The position numbers and the translations under genes were made by a program. The notes under the pieces were generated by a model that searched no databases, had not been told where the DNA came from, and saw only the letters and a list, made by a program, of their open reading frames with translations. From positions 1-34,363 of the forward strand of contig MRSU01008502.1 of the NCBI GenBank assembly GCA_008369845.1: a DNA stretch of 34,363 bases, read 5' to 3'. Source of the stretch: Trichomonas gallinae (Eukaryota). How positions within the stretch are numbered: the stretch's first letter is position 1; each line of letters begins with the position of its first letter. Shown piece by piece: positions 19,730 through 30,267 of this stretch.

Positions 19730-21208
19730 ATGATTAGTGATGATGAGGATGATGATCTTCAATTAAATGAGTTTAGCTTAAAAGATGAATTAAACATATC
19801 AGAGTTCACAAACTATGAAATTGATAATGCAATGGACTTAAATGATTCTAATGAAAGTCAAGATTTAAAACAGCTTATTAAATTGATAATAAATTTCAAT
19901 GAACAGAATCAAGAATTGCTGTTAATACAAGTTTTCAGTCAATTAAATAAGCGTATACAGTACAGATACGTTGATTTTGATTCCGAATTCAATCTGAATG
20001 CATTTTCATTGATTTTGTTTGATATATTACAGAAATATATCGGTTGTTTACCAGTTTTGCATCTTATCTTGGAATATTTGAGTATTATTTTTGATGTTAA
20101 AGAAAAAAATACGAATAAATACAAATTAAGTGAAATTCTCATAAATCATTCGGATCAAAATGGTAATTATAGTTTGATATTTCAGCTAATAGACATTGTT
20201 CATCATGAAATTAATTCAAGAATGCAAAAAACAAAGCAAGCAGACGATAACGGAGTTTTCACTCAAATATTTGACCTAATAATAATGATATTTAATCATT
20301 CTTCACTGCTAAAATTCCCTCTATCAAGATATGTTATTTTGATTCAAAATATCATTTCAATTGTTGATTTCACAAGTGAAAATGAAAGATATTTAGCAAT
20401 ACGGTCTATTTTATTTGTAGCAAATGTCGATTTACAAGATTCTAATGTTGATTTGCTTTTAGATTTCATTAAAACTAAATTCGACTTGATACAACTTATC
20501 ACTATGCTAGAAATAATCGAAAAATTGAATTGGAAGCCCGAATCTTCCTTACATGTGTTAAAATATTTAATTTATCAAGGAAATCCAACATTTAATATTA
20601 TTATGGGGTGTCTTAATGATACCAATCCACAAGTTTGTGCACAAGCTCTACACACTTTATCTTTGTTATCATTCGGAATTCCCAATTTTCAAACAATTTT
20701 TGGCGTAAATCCTCTTGCAATTGTTGCTGATCGTATAGGAGATCCAAACTATTCTGATGCATGCCTAGATATTATACAAAAAGGCCTAAAATATCCATGG
20801 ATTTTGAAAAATTTATTAACAATCCATATATTTGGTTTTATTTCTCAGAATTATGATAATTTTTGTCTCAATAACAAGAACAAAGTTGTAGATATCATAG
20901 CATATCTCATAGACAAAAAGATTGATGATGAAGCATTTCCAAACGAAATGAAGCAAGAATTTGTCATTCCAAGTATGATAGAGTATACAGAAATGATTAG
21001 TGATAACAACATATTTAACAAGCTCAGCAAAATCTTTATTTGTTTATTTGATCAAGATCAAAAATATGGAAATGGATGTATAAACAAATTTATCGAACTT
21101 GATGGATCGGAAACATTAGTTAGTCTTGCGGAGAGACTCCCACAACTTTCTGCGCGCATTTATACCTACTTGGATCTAATCAAATATAGATATGGAATTG
21201 AATATTGA
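19730..21208 (+). CDS. Hypothetical alpha-helical (ARM/HEAT-like) protein
   Basis: 492-codon ORF in AT-rich DNA; acidic N-terminus; Leu/Ile amphipathic pattern; Inr-like TCATA before the ATG. Confidence 0.7.
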   Translation: MISDDEDDDLQLNEFSLKDELNISEFTNYEIDNAMDLNDSNESQDLKQLIKLIINFNEQNQELLLIQVFSQLNKRIQYRYVDFDSEFNLNAFSLILFDILQKYIGCLPVLHLILEYLSIIFDVKEKNTNKYKLSEILINHSDQNGNYSLIFQLIDIVHHEINSRMQKTKQADDNGVFTQIFDLIIMIFNHSSLLKFPLSRYVILIQNIISIVDFTSENERYLAIRSILFVANVDLQDSNVDLLLDFIKTKFDLIQLITMLEIIEKLNWKPESSLHVLKYLIYQGNPTFNIIMGCLNDTNPQVCAQALHTLSLLSFGIPNFQTIFGVNPLAIVADRIGDPNYSDACLDIIQKGLKYPWILKNLLTIHIFGFISQNYDNFCLNNKNKVVDIIAYLIDKKIDDEAFPNEMKQEFVIPSMIEYTEMISDNNIFNKLSKIFICLFDQDQKYGNGCINKFIELDGSETLVSLAERLPQLSARIYTYLDLIKYRYGIEY

Positions 21209-22467
21209 GTTTTACAGATTATAATTGTAAAAATTAATATATTACTGTGATAAAAGTTATTTTTGTGTGTTAAGGAAAATAAGTCTAAAATGATGTGTGA
21301 TCGATAATCTCAAGGTTGAAATTGCATGTTTTTTTAATCCTAGCGATATAAATAATATTATTAGGTTAAGTATATGTGTATAATATAGTAAAAGATGATT
21401 AAAACCTTGAAAATATCAAAGAAATTTTCGACGAAAGAAATTTTGACATATGTAGAGTTTATTTGTCAAAAAAAAAAGAAGAAGGATTATATATTAAATC
21501 AAAAGAACTGTAAAAGCAACATGTTAATTAGGTGCTGATTAAGTAGAAATAAGAAAAAGACAAATAATCTCGAAAAATATGGTTAAAAACTTCTTATGAT
21601 ATTGTTCATTGGAATTCTCGTATAGTCATGTTTTTGAACGTCTCGATAAATATACAAAAAACACGATATTTTAGGTCAGCTGATTTTTTTCATTGGCTCG
21701 GTGAATCAAATGTTATCGTTGCAGTAATATAAGGAGTAAAAAATAATGAGAAAATATTTTAACAAAATTAATAATGTAAAAATCGATTCAAAAGTTGAAA
21801 AGATCAGATTTGAATCAATTAACAACATTGTGTAAATATGATTATTCTGATATCACATATTGATCTTTGCGTAACTGAAAAATTACAAAGCTCAACGTTA
21901 TTGCAGATAAAATATTTCTCTTATGATAAGGATCGATAATAAAAGAAAATTGCTCACTTCATTCAATTCGTGATTAATTCAAAAGTTACATTTTTTAATA
22001 ATCCTCTCAATATGTTAATAATTTCGATTTAATTTACGAATTTATTTGTTTTTATCTCTTTGATTGCTATACGATGTTACTAAAAAAATTGTAAACAAAT
22101 TTTGTTCGAAACGATATTTAGGAAGTGATTATAATAGTGTGTACTTTAATAATATCCACTTTCTTGAAAATTAATACAATTTTCTGTTAATTAAAATTCG
22201 CATCTATACCATATTAATAATCATGCAATAAACATTGAAAAATATTCAATTAATTCAAATATTTGAAAAGAATTCTGTAGTTTTAATCCACTCCTTATAT
22301 ACAATGAAAATGAGGTGGTGAATTTTTTTACATTCTGAAATTGAATACTTCTAACAAAACTTTTTTTTAACCTTCATGTTTCTGTTATTTAATTAGCTAA
22401 TACGTAAACAGAGATCAAAATAAAGTGGATTAACTTTTTTGTTAAAAATTCACAAATAATTTTAAAA

Positions 22468-23859
22468 ATGAGCCGTCAGCCCTTAAGCGCCTCCGTTCGT
22501 GGAAGCTTGGGAGCAAGAACCAGATCAATCTCTTCTATTATGGGTTTCCATGCAGCTACTACACGTCCACAAATCAAAATCATCAATTCTCAGGCATTCA
22601 ATACCAATGGTAGGGCTTCATTGCCATTACCTTCTTTGAACGATTCGAAGGAAAAGTCTATAAACCAAACCTATAATGCTTACAACAATATTATGCCGAT
22701 TTCTGTTAATAAGGAGCTCACCGCAAGAATTATGTCTCTTCATGCGGATGTTCAAGAAATATCGCTATTTACTATGGATGCTAGCCCTGGGGATTCATTT
22801 AAGCAAATTGCTGATGACACAGCTCACTATCTTTATGATCTTGTCGGGCAAATTATCTTTCGTAACCACGATGATATGACTTATCTTGACCAGTACAATG
22901 ATGATCCGTTCATCAGAGAAATTGTTGATTGGAGAGATCTCAAAAACATCTATGGTTTGCTTCAAAACATGATCACGGACTGTTGGCCAAGAGTTACATT
23001 AGATTGGTTGATGAACAAGAACGCAGAGTTGATATTCCATAATCTGTTGTCTCCAGATCCTCGCGAAGTTTCATTTATCGAGTCTCTTATTTTAAACATC
23101 TTCAAAACATGGTCGGATATCTCCGTCCATTTCGTTAAGGCCGCTTCAACAATAATCCAAAATTTCATTGACGGTTTACACAGTTTTTATGGAATCCCGT
23201 CCGTCCTTAAATTTTTGGATCTTTATTTCAGGACATGCCAATCGAAATGGGATGATTCTATGAATGATATGGTTGTCAAGCAGTTTATTCCCATCTTTCT
23301 CCATAATTTCGCATACAAATATTATCCGTCCTTAAATAGGATCTTATCTTATGCGTATACAAAGAATGACCAACTTGCAGTAACAGTTTTATCTAAGATG
23401 CTTCGCTGCTGGCCAATCACATGCTCTTCAAATGTTGTTTGCTTTATACATCACTTTTCATCGATTGTTACATTGGTAGGACCTGTTAAAATCGCGCCAT
23501 ATGTCGTCCAGATGTTCAATAAGATCATCGAGTCGGTCAAGAGTGATAACCATAAGATTTCCGTCTCAGCTTTGACGATTTCCTGCAATGTTACATTCAT
23601 CTTTGAGTTCCTGACAAAGTTTTCCCCGCAAGTAAGATCATTATACTCAGCTGCAGAAGATGTTTCAGTCAGCCACTGGTCTGAAGAAGCAAGATCTTCC
23701 GCTAAGCAGGCAATTATATCAATCAATAGCGCAGCTCCACAATTGAAGCTCCTTTCACCACCTGTTGTAGTTAATAATATTCCCGAGAAATTATCTTCAT
23801 GGAAGAACCTCTCACAACAGTTTGGAATCGAGTTAGTGGGTACAGTTCCTGCATATTGA
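22468..23859 (+). CDS. Divergent PP2A regulatory subunit B' (B56 family)
   Basis: LLSPDPRE, WPIT, SDNHKIS..AL and HW motifs in the same order as the B56 motifs SEDPRE, WPKT, SxHFQVAERAL and HW. Confidence 0.75.
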   Translation: MSRQPLSASVRGSLGARTRSISSIMGFHAATTRPQIKIINSQAFNTNGRASLPLPSLNDSKEKSINQTYNAYNNIMPISVNKELTARIMSLHADVQEISLFTMDASPGDSFKQIADDTAHYLYDLVGQIIFRNHDDMTYLDQYNDDPFIREIVDWRDLKNIYGLLQNMITDCWPRVTLDWLMNKNAELIFHNLLSPDPREVSFIESLILNIFKTWSDISVHFVKAASTIIQNFIDGLHSFYGIPSVLKFLDLYFRTCQSKWDDSMNDMVVKQFIPIFLHNFAYKYYPSLNRILSYAYTKNDQLAVTVLSKMLRCWPITCSSNVVCFIHHFSSIVTLVGPVKIAPYVVQMFNKIIESVKSDNHKISVSALTISCNVTFIFEFLTKFSPQVRSLYSAAEDVSVSHWSEEARSSAKQAIISINSAAPQLKLLSPPVVVNNIPEKLSSWKNLSQQFGIELVGTVPAY

Positions 23860-24633
23860 GTGCATATAATTGGCTACCTATCATTTATTTTTTTGTTATT
23901 TTTTATTTTTGTTTGGATGCAATTATCAGTATTCCTTATTTGGTAATTGAATCATTTTATCATGTATTAAATAATTTTTATTTCGGAAAACTCCTTTTTT
24001 ACTTTATCGAATTCAAAATATAATTTCGTTGGGAGTTAATATATAATCTATCTAAAATGATATCATTATCAATGTACGGAAAGGTTTAATCAATGAAATA
24101 CCTCAACATACTTAGATTTTTAATTCATCAAAATATATTTCAATGATTTGGTTAACGATGTTTTAAAATCAGAGAGAATCACATGTTCCTGACATAATGA
24201 CATACATATTTCGTTTTTTCAAGGAAAAATTAAATTGCTAAATATTTTTAAAAAAATGCATTTCATAGCGGATAAATAATTGATAACGTTTGCCAAGCAA
24301 GAGTAATAGCGAAATGCGTGAGTATTAGTATTCTATATCTAAAACGAAAATCGAAGAAAAATTGCCAATAATGCAAAATTCGCAAGGATAAATCGCATTA
24401 TTGCAATGCACACGTTATGTAATAATGAATTGTGCGATTAACAATCTCTCATTTCTATTTAGAAGGGAAAAAAAAATTGAAAATGTGATCCCCAAAAGTG
24501 CCAAAATTCTGAACATAACAAATCACAAAAAGTGACGATTTTTTAATCTTAAACACATGAAATAATGACCTACATATGGTGAACAAAATAGTATGAATTT
24601 TGGGGATCATTCAACTTTTTTTTTATTTATTTC

Positions 24634-26304
24634 ATGATTAAGGTCAAAATCAATGGTCAAGAAGCGTTTGTAAAGCGAAATATGACGATTTTAGAGGCAT
24701 GCAGGGCTCTTGGAATATATGTTCCAACACTATGCTCACATCCTGATCTTCCACCAATCGGCCAATGTGGAGTTGATGTAGTTAAGGTGAATGGATCATC
24801 ATTAGAGCGTGCATGTGTTACATACTGTCAGGAGGGAATGGTTATTGAAACGAATACCCTTGATGTGAAGCAAGCATCATTAAATAATCTTCAGAAATTC
24901 GCGCCAGGAACAATGATGCAAAAGACTCCGGATATAGAGGATCTTTGGAATTACTATCAGCCAAAGAAAGGCCAGCCTTACCCTCCACAACAAAATGTCT
25001 CTATTCAATGGGATCCAGAAAAATGTATCAACTGCCATCTTTGCATCCGCGCATGCACAAATGTTCAACAAATCGACTCAATTGACTCTATTACCCATCA
25101 CATTGATGAATCGTGCATCAAATGTGGACATTGCCTTACTGTTTGCCCAACTGCAGCACTTACTCCAACATCGGAAATCGGTAAGGTTCTTGCCGCACTG
25201 TCATCAGACAAAGTTTGCATTATACAAACTGCTCCTTCAGTTAGAGTTACAATTGCTGAAGGTTTCGGTGAACCACTAGGCACAATATGCACAGGAAAAG
25301 TAGTCGCTGCCGCCCGCATGATGGGCTTCAAGTACGTCTTTGATATCAATTATGGGGCCGATCAGACAATCATTGAGGAAGGCACTGAATTCATGCATAG
25401 ACTTTTGTACAACGAAGCTCCACTTCCACAGTTCACATCATGCTGCCCAGGCTGGGTCAACTACGTTGAAACGAAACATCCAGAAGTTATTCCACACCTT
25501 TCAACAGCCAAGAGCCCGCACATGATGAGTGGTGTTGCCATTAAGACGTACTTCTCCCATGTATCAGGTATTCCAGCAGAAAACATGTTTGTCGTTTCAG
25601 TTATGCCATGCACAGCAAAGAAGGACGAGATCGTCAGAGAGCAGCACAAAGGCGTTGTTGATGCTGTCCTCACGTCAGTGGAATTCGTCGAGCTTATCAA
25701 CAGATACCAGTTCGACTGGAAGACAATGCCAACGTCAGAATACGACGACTTGATTTCCGAATCTACTGGCGGCGCAACAATTTTCGGTGCTACAGGTGGT
25801 GTCGCTGAGGCTGCCCTCAGATTCTGCTATGAGCAGATGACAGGAATGCCGATCGGAACAATGATATACTCGGACTTAAGAGGTCTCGATGGTGTCAAAA
25901 CAGCAACAGTCAACATTGCAGGAAGAACAATCAGAATCGCCGTCTGCAATGGCGTTGGCTATGCTCACGACTTTCTCAACACTGGTGCATGGAAGAACTT
26001 CGACATCGTCGAGGTTATGGCGTGCCCAGGCGGCTGTGTCGGCGGCGGTGGACAGGTTATCCATCCAAGAACAGTCCCGAAGAAAGACATTCTTCAGGCG
26101 CGTGTTAATGCTTTGTATGCGATCGACAAGCAGAAGATTCAAGAAGGAAAGTCTACAACCAATGAGAACTCGCAGTTGTTGAAGATGTATAGAGATTACG
26201 TTGGCTCTCCTTATTCTGAGCGCGCCAAGCAGCTCTTCCATACATGGTATACTGATAGATCCATGAATAGATCAGCCAACTATTATAACCAATTCCGTAT
26301 TTAA
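24634..26304 (+). CDS. [FeFe]-hydrogenase with N-terminal [2Fe-2S]-like domain and 2x[4Fe-4S]
   Basis: H-cluster motifs FTSCCPGW, MPCTAKKDE and EVMACPGGCVGGGGQ; CINCHLCIRAC and CIKCGHCLTVCP; N-terminal PTLC...GQCGVD...AC. Confidence 0.96.
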   Translation: MIKVKINGQEAFVKRNMTILEACRALGIYVPTLCSHPDLPPIGQCGVDVVKVNGSSLERACVTYCQEGMVIETNTLDVKQASLNNLQKFAPGTMMQKTPDIEDLWNYYQPKKGQPYPPQQNVSIQWDPEKCINCHLCIRACTNVQQIDSIDSITHHIDESCIKCGHCLTVCPTAALTPTSEIGKVLAALSSDKVCIIQTAPSVRVTIAEGFGEPLGTICTGKVVAAARMMGFKYVFDINYGADQTIIEEGTEFMHRLLYNEAPLPQFTSCCPGWVNYVETKHPEVIPHLSTAKSPHMMSGVAIKTYFSHVSGIPAENMFVVSVMPCTAKKDEIVREQHKGVVDAVLTSVEFVELINRYQFDWKTMPTSEYDDLISESTGGATIFGATGGVAEAALRFCYEQMTGMPIGTMIYSDLRGLDGVKTATVNIAGRTIRIAVCNGVGYAHDFLNTGAWKNFDIVEVMACPGGCVGGGGQVIHPRTVPKKDILQARVNALYAIDKQKIQEGKSTTNENSQLLKMYRDYVGSPYSERAKQLFHTWYTDRSMNRSANYYNQFRI

Positions 26305-26514
26305 TTTATATTATTTAAATGTTTATTTCATTATGATATGATTAACCAAAAACCTTTTTCTTGCTATTAATTGATTGAGAATTTGTAAAAGTTTGTCTTT
26401 ATCTGAGAAATTCTTGATAAATAACCTTATATTTCCGTGTATTTTAATAATTTTTGGTAAAGAGATGATGTTTCCAGTGAGTTTATTGATGAAGGAATTT
26501 ATTTGAAGATTTTA

Positions 26515-26660
26515 GTCATGTAAAATTAATTTTGACTAAGATCAAAAGTTTTTTGTATTTTGACATGTATAATGAATTTTGTCATGTAAAATAAATTGTC
26601 AATTTCGTTGGAATTTGTCGTGTAAATATGATATTTGACACGTAAAAAGATTTTTGACAA
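26515..26660. promoter_or_regulatory. Array of TG(A/T)C(A/G)(T/C)GTAAA-like motifs upstream of the Pumilio gene
   Basis: gtcatgtaaa, tgacatgtat, tgtcatgtaaa, tgtcgtgtaaa and tgacacgtaaa, several about 20 nt apart. Confidence 0.5.
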
Positions 26661-26716
26661 TCAATTATCCATTGAAAATTTGAAATAATTTTAAATTTAC
26701 AAAATTTTTAACAAAA

Positions 26717-27916
26717 ATGTCAACTCCAGAAGCTCATGTTGCTTATTCTGTGCAAAGGGTTCCATCTTCTGGGTTCTCCACTCCACAAATAAGTCGTGTC
26801 GTTCCAAAATATTATGAATACGCTCCAGATAATTGCGCTGCCTTGATTCCTGCGAGTCTTTGGGAAGCTGTAACAGGAGAAAAGTATAAATTAGATATCC
26901 ATGTTGGCCATAATACTGCCAATTACTATACAACTCAAACAAATGATAAAAGAAAATACGCGATTTTAGCAAAAGACAGACAATCATGCCGAAAATTACA
27001 AGATGATTTACATTATGGTACAAATGAATTCAGACAAACAGTTTTAAATTCAATAATACCTTTTTTGGAAGAATTAATCTGCGATCCTGCAGCGAACTTT
27101 GTTGTACAAAAATTGCTTGAGTATGCATCGAGAGAACATAAAGTTGCGTTTCTCCAAGCATTTAAACAAGATCCATATGAGATCGCTAATCATCCTTGCG
27201 GCTCAAGAGTCATGCAGAAGTTTATCGAGTGCGCAGACGCAGATCTCATTGATTCTTTGTATTTGTCGGTGCGCTCATCACTTCTTCAGCTGTGTTATTC
27301 ACTACACGGAAATCGAATCGTCCAGCAATTCATTGATTACCTGCCATCACGCGTAACTGAGATCATAGACAAAATAACACCACAGGCAATACAATTGGTT
27401 GGTGATAACTGCGGCTGTAGGGTAGTACAGCACCTTTTTCAACCCTTCGATCAGAAAAAACTCGCTCCACTCATTAGCGAGGTCATAAAAGCTGCGCCAG
27501 ATCTCACTATAAATCAATATGGAAACTATGTCATTCAGAATATTATTGATGACGGCAATGACGAACAGATTTCAGCTTTAATCAAATCTTTTCAAGGGTA
27601 CTTTTTCTCTTTCTCTATGCACAAGTTTGCGTCCAATGTCATAGAAAGGTGTATTATCAGAGCGAATGAAACGCAAAGGAACTTTATTTTTACTGATATT
27701 ATTGGATCGGATGGAAAATACGATTTAAACCGCATACACGACTTGATTTGCGATAAGTTTGGAAATTACGTTATTCAGAGAATTCTAGAATTTGGTTCAG
27801 CCACTCAGCAACAAGCGATCTTCGAAGCAGTATCAATCCACTTCAACGAACTCGTAAATTCCGGTTATTCAAAGCATGTCATCACTAAACTCAGGACGCT
27901 CGGATTCATTATTTAA
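26717..27916 (+). CDS. Pumilio/PUF family RNA-binding protein
   Basis: Eight Puf repeats: SCRKLQ, ANFVVQ, GSRVMQ, GNRIVQ, GCRVVQ, GNYVIQ, ASNVIE, GNYVIQ. Confidence 0.95.
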   Translation: MSTPEAHVAYSVQRVPSSGFSTPQISRVVPKYYEYAPDNCAALIPASLWEAVTGEKYKLDIHVGHNTANYYTTQTNDKRKYAILAKDRQSCRKLQDDLHYGTNEFRQTVLNSIIPFLEELICDPAANFVVQKLLEYASREHKVAFLQAFKQDPYEIANHPCGSRVMQKFIECADADLIDSLYLSVRSSLLQLCYSLHGNRIVQQFIDYLPSRVTEIIDKITPQAIQLVGDNCGCRVVQHLFQPFDQKKLAPLISEVIKAAPDLTINQYGNYVIQNIIDDGNDEQISALIKSFQGYFFSFSMHKFASNVIERCIIRANETQRNFIFTDIIGSDGKYDLNRIHDLICDKFGNYVIQRILEFGSATQQQAIFEAVSIHFNELVNSGYSKHVITKLRTLGFII

Positions 27917-28293
27917 TGTTTATATAATAAAATTTGTTATTATTTATCTATTACTTCAAACTATTTAATATTGTTTTGCCTGTCGAATAGATATAAAAGA
28001 GATGTGATAGAATTTATAAATTCGTAAAATGATAAATTGAATTCCCATTCACATGTCATCAACTAATCATACTAAATATCTTAGATTATCAGTATATATG
28101 AAGTTTGTACGACAATTCTGAAAGACGCATGATTAAAATCTAGATAAAGTAATTTGAAAAAAATTAATTCCAGAACAACAACTAACCATATCACAGGTAT
28201 TACACTATTGGTTGTTAGGATGTTTGTATGACGACTGTGAAAGAGACATGTCTATAAGATTGATAGCTCAAAATTTAGATAATAGTAATTAAA

Positions 28294-28440
28294 AGGGTTT
28301 ACCAGAACTAACAAGGGGATATATTCAAAATCATGATTTTTAAAACAGGGTCCATAGAAAATAATAAGGGGATTGATTCAAAATCTGTATTTTAAATCAG
28401 GGTCTGCTAAAGTTAATGAGGGAACGGATTCAAATCTGAA
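28294..28440. repeat. Degenerate tandem repeat, about 52-53 bp x about 3
   Basis: Units start at 28294, 28347 and 28399, each roughly agggt...aa.aagggga...attcaaaatc...ttttaaa.c. Confidence 0.75.
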
Positions 28441-28916
28441 GAATATTCTAGAGTATATACTGTTACGAATATTTTAAAATGAATCGTTCGCTCTCAGAAA
28501 TTTGCTGTGAAGTTCATCCTCATCGGAGAGATGCAAAGCAATGGATAAACACTAATATCAGTCACGGAATAATCAGTATTTAATGCTTTTATCAAAATAA
28601 CAAACACTAAATTACATTTGGCCATGAATTCGTGTAACGTGCTTTTTAAATTGAGAACCTTATGCAGCACGTTATACAAACATCACAAAATTCTAAAAGT
28701 GACAATAAATATTTAAAAAGCACGGTGCCGATATTTTTCAAAAATTTTCGAATTTTTGCTATCTCAATATCATATATTTTCCATATCTATTATAAAAAAT
28801 CAAATAGTATTTTTAATTTCAAATATATTAATATCTATGATAAAGAGATCTAATGACGAAAAATCTTGAAAAGCACGTTTTTGTAAAATTCTGAAATAAT
28901 TTTTAAAAAACTTGCA

Positions 28917-30188
28917 ATGCTTATCTTTTTGTTTAATATTATATGCCTCTGCGCCTGGGAAACCTATTTTACAGGGCAACCAAACCTCACGCTTTCAAGT
29001 TATTTAACGCCAAAAACAATATCGATTGGAAATTACTATTTAGAAAACGCAATTGCAATAAATTTCATCGATGGAGTCATTTACATGAGGGATGAAAACG
29101 CAGACGCAAATTTACTCATCGAGGATTCCTTCTTTTTCAACTGCATGAAATCTTATGCTGGGGGTATAGCATATCTTTCCACAGGTGGAAGCCTTATCGT
29201 GCAAAAATCATGCTGCATCCTATGCTCTACGATGACCGTTACCTATACAGGGGCAACATTCTACACGCAAGTCTCAGGAAATGTAACAACGAATATGGTA
29301 ACTTACTATCAATGCTCCAATAATAAATACATCTCGCTAAGTACTGTCGCATTCAAAGCATCCTATGTTTACGTTGAAAGTATCAACAATACCCAGTGCC
29401 ATTCAACGGCTGGTGCTTTCGATCCAATAACTCACGGCTATATACAATACTCTAACTTCGATGGAACAAACTGCACAGAGCCAACACAAGTTTATCTCAT
29501 TTTTGTTAGTCTAACTGATGTTTCTTATTGCAATATTCTCAAAAGCAATTTTGAAATACCTACTGCTGTTACCGCCCTATACTGCTGCCGTAGTACTGAA
29601 GATGTTTTGGTATCAAACGCTTGCTTTGCGAATAACATTGTTGATTATGTGACATATTATTACCGTAAAGCTGGCCAGACATTCAAATTCAGAATGGTAG
29701 ACTGCTATGTAGATAGAGGCTATGTCGAATGCCGCGACACAATCAATATTATGTCTCTTGCATCTTCACATGAATTTACATTTCTCAATTCTTTCGATTG
29801 CCAGGCAGCGTACACCCCAAGCGAAGATAATAGGGTTCAGCAAGCAGTTAAAACTGCGGCCATCGTTGGTGGCTCAGTCGGCGGAGGTATTTTAATTGCT
29901 GTCGGAATTTGGCTCGGAAAGAAACTCTTCTGTGCAGGTGCATCCAAGGCTATCTCCACAGCCGTTTATCATTCCGATGACGACTCGGAATACACCTATA
30001 CAACATATACTGCTGAGTCTGAATCGAAAGATGCGGAAAAGCCCAAAGAGGAATCAGATATCAAGGATGAATCTGGTACTAACCAAGAAATCACCAATGA
30101 AAACGAACATAAGAAAAAAGATGCCGCTAATAATAATGAAAGTAGTTCAGAACATGGTGATGTATCAATCGATAACACCAGTGACTAA
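28917..30188 (+). CDS. Type I membrane protein with Cys-containing, Pmp-like beta-helix ectodomain
   Basis: Hydrophobic N-terminus; DGVIY/GGIAY/GATFY with SFFFNC-type motifs; Gly-rich TM AAIVGGSVGGGILIAVGIWLG then KK; long acidic tail. Confidence 0.8.
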   Translation: MLIFLFNIICLCAWETYFTGQPNLTLSSYLTPKTISIGNYYLENAIAINFIDGVIYMRDENADANLLIEDSFFFNCMKSYAGGIAYLSTGGSLIVQKSCCILCSTMTVTYTGATFYTQVSGNVTTNMVTYYQCSNNKYISLSTVAFKASYVYVESINNTQCHSTAGAFDPITHGYIQYSNFDGTNCTEPTQVYLIFVSLTDVSYCNILKSNFEIPTAVTALYCCRSTEDVLVSNACFANNIVDYVTYYYRKAGQTFKFRMVDCYVDRGYVECRDTINIMSLASSHEFTFLNSFDCQAAYTPSEDNRVQQAVKTAAIVGGSVGGGILIAVGIWLGKKLFCAGASKAISTAVYHSDDDSEYTYTTYTAESESKDAEKPKEESDIKDESGTNQEITNENEHKKKDAANNNESSSEHGDVSIDNTSD

Positions 30189-30267
30189 GCTTTTTATATT
30201 TGTTTTTTGTTTGTATTTAAATGTAGTTTTGTTTGAAAGAAATTTTATTATGAAAAAAAAAAATAAT

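Noticed and set aside
704..26304. Functional cluster of the radical SAM-flavodoxin gene with the hydrogenase (as a maturase)
   Set aside because: The enzyme lacks HydE/HydG features, and the genes are more than 22 kb apart with unrelated genes between them.
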